Shown here: positions 61,701 through 64,000 of the stretch, piece by piece | Layout of the letters: every line of letters begins with the position of its first letter | Numbering within the stretch: the first letter of the stretch is position 1 | Assembly: GCF_009914755.1 (NCBI RefSeq) | Contig: NC_060932.1 | Length of the DNA: 64,000 bases | From: the human T2T-CHM13v2.0 reference genome, Homo sapiens | Direction: 5' to 3' (one strand) | The notes under the pieces: generated by a model | Database searches by the model: none | Told to the model about the DNA's origin: nothing | What the model saw: only the letters and a program-made list of their open reading frames with translations | Translations under genes and position numbers: made by a program

Positions 61701-64000
61701 TTTGTTATGTGAAAAATACCAAAGTTCTTTAGCCAATCTAGGTACAAGTAGACTGTTAGGGAGAAAGAGCATTGTACTATTACCACTAACTGCAAGAATG
61801 TATCATACTCATTTAGTCTGTGCTAAATTTTGTCATGTAGATATCTTTAGGGCGTTCTGGGGTAGTGGATAAGGGCTTAACCCCTACTGTTAGCCTCTCT
61901 AGGTGCCAATCCTGGCTTCACCATTTGCTTTAGGCCATTGTCTGTTTTCTCTTCAGCTTCATGTACCCCATCACAAAATGGGACTATTAGTGTCTATTTT
62001 ATAGATTTGTTGTGAGCATTAAATCATCTCATGTAAAATGCTTAGCTCAAGAATCTGGCACTCACTAAACATGCCATAAATGTTAGCTACTACAATGAAT
62101 GACATAAAGATTCTATAGAACAAATCATTCAGTAAAAGCTCTTTCCATGAGAAAAAAAAAGTCCTATGAAAGAATTCTACCTTGGATAACATTTGGTCCA
62201 GCATGTTTAGGATTGCTGGACTCTGGTGTTTCAAAATCTGGCATACAATCAATGGATTTTTACTATAATTAAAAAAGTTATTTAGATTGTATTTATAAAA
62301 TTAAGTTCTATTTAAACATTTACAGAAACTGGGAAATCTGCCCATGGACTCTTGGGTTTCTTAAAAACTCAGCTTAAAAATCGTGAGTTATTTTTGCTCT
62401 TTTCCACTTTCCCTATACATAGGAGAGATTCATGTACAAAATTTAGTAACATTTCACTGCTTACTCCAGAATCAGGATATTTATCTTATTCTAATGAGAC
62501 TGTTGTCTCAGATGGAAGACTTAAAACAAAATCTTTCTGAATATTTTGAATTAATTTTTTATTCTTTCCATTGAATCTAATAATCAGCGTTTCAGCTATG
62601 CACTTTTTTTTGTATATCGAGATGGCGGAGTAGAACACATAGCTTAAATAAGAGTTGCATGTTTAAATGTGAAAGTCATCAAGAAGGGATTGACCATTGG
62701 CTTCCTCTGACAAACTCTTAGGATTAAAAAAGAATACGTTGTTCTCCCTGCTTCATACTCCCATGATGCTTGGTCATAATGGTGGTCAGTACATATTTTA
62801 TAATGATTGAATTCAATTCAGTTTTGCCTGTACTTGCCTTTATTTTTCCTCTCACTGATAACACAGGCTCTTCTTCTGTGTACACTTCAAGGCTTGGCTC
62901 AGTTTCTTTCTCTTTTCCTGAGAAACTTGCCACAGTGTTGATCTTTATAGTATCCATGGCTCCTTCTATACAAGTACGGTATCCTTTATAGTAGTTCTAT
63001 ATGTCTTTCCAACTAGGTGAGGGCATATAATGCATCACTGATTCTTTTTTCCCCTGGCCCACACTACTGAATATGTTATATGATCTCACTAAGCATTTAT
63101 TTGTTTGTTCATTATACATGAGTGATTCAAATGTGTGACTCTAAGCCTAGATTTCTGCAGATACTTTGTTAGTTGTGAATTAGGACTGATATTTCTGGAA
63201 GTTTATAGATGAGATACTTTGAATATAAAGATGCAATAGTTTTGTTCCATCAAGTTTAGCCAAGCTTTCATAAGCATAGCTTAAGGCTCCATGGAAGTCT
63301 GGGATTTTTGTATCTGCAGCTGTTACTAGGGTGTTATTTTCATCTTGGGATGAGTAGCAGAAATGCTACTTTACTTCATTAACTCTGAAATACTGAGGGC
63401 TTAGTCTATGTTTACTAAAAGTTTTTCAATGCCAATTGGAGGCCATAAGAAGTTCTTGGGTTCTGTTTTCCATAATTAACTAATTATGTGCCTCGCCTCT
63501 CTGTTTTATAGGAATCACAGCTATTGTTCAACTCACTGGAATTTGGTGGAAGTTGGAAGAGTTTACATATCATAGTAATCTACAATTCAATAAATGTAAT
63601 AATTGCATGACAGGAGCTGCTTCCTCAACAGTGAGGTAAAAAAGAGGCATAAAGGAGGCCAAGAAGACCACCGTGGTGAAGCATGAAAGTAAAGGAGATT
63701 TTTAGCAATGAAGACAGAGTGTCCTGAGGTTTTATTCTTATGCACGAGACCCAGATTTCCTGGAAGAGCCCCTCCTAAAGGTTTGGCTCTGCACAAGCTC
63801 CAATATTCCTACTAAATTATATCACAGGAGCAGAGACTGGAAGATTGTTTGGATCTCATTGAGTGAGTTGCTTCTATTGCCCATTCCACAAATTATCTGC
63901 TTCCTGCTAATCCCCTCATTTGCAGATTCGGCAAACAAACACGGCTTCTGTGTGGATTTCCAAAAAAGTAGGCAGAAGAGAAAAGAGTAGGACTCATGAC

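Overview
Primate (human or ape-like) genomic DNA: AT-rich, CpG-depleted, with no CpG island and no intact protein-coding gene. Much of it is interspersed repeats: a full-length but inactivated L1PA3/PA4-type LINE-1 (12731-18891, minus strand), several truncated L1s, about 20 AluS/AluJ-type elements, MaLR/ERV LTRs, MER DNA transposons, MIR/L2 and a decayed 5S rRNA copy. Most long ORFs in the supplied track are L1 fragments, L1 antisense shadows or Alu artefacts. The main non-repeat signal is invisible to the ORF track: a chain of about 16 plus-strand relic exons from 122 to 23483. They have mostly GT-AG boundaries, four minimal introns (72-96 nt) and compatible splice phases. Joined, they read as the 3' part of a long-dead multi-exon gene whose product resembles, by eye only, an RGS-domain repeat protein (RGS22/RGSL1-like). 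Also notable: a 140-bp inverted copy of an Alu 3' end plus unique flank inserted about 4.2 kb away with a 15-bp target duplication, and an L1 antisense promoter/ORF0 whose second donor is in phase with the next relic exon. Repeat subfamily names are from recall of consensus sequences and many repeat boundaries are approximate.
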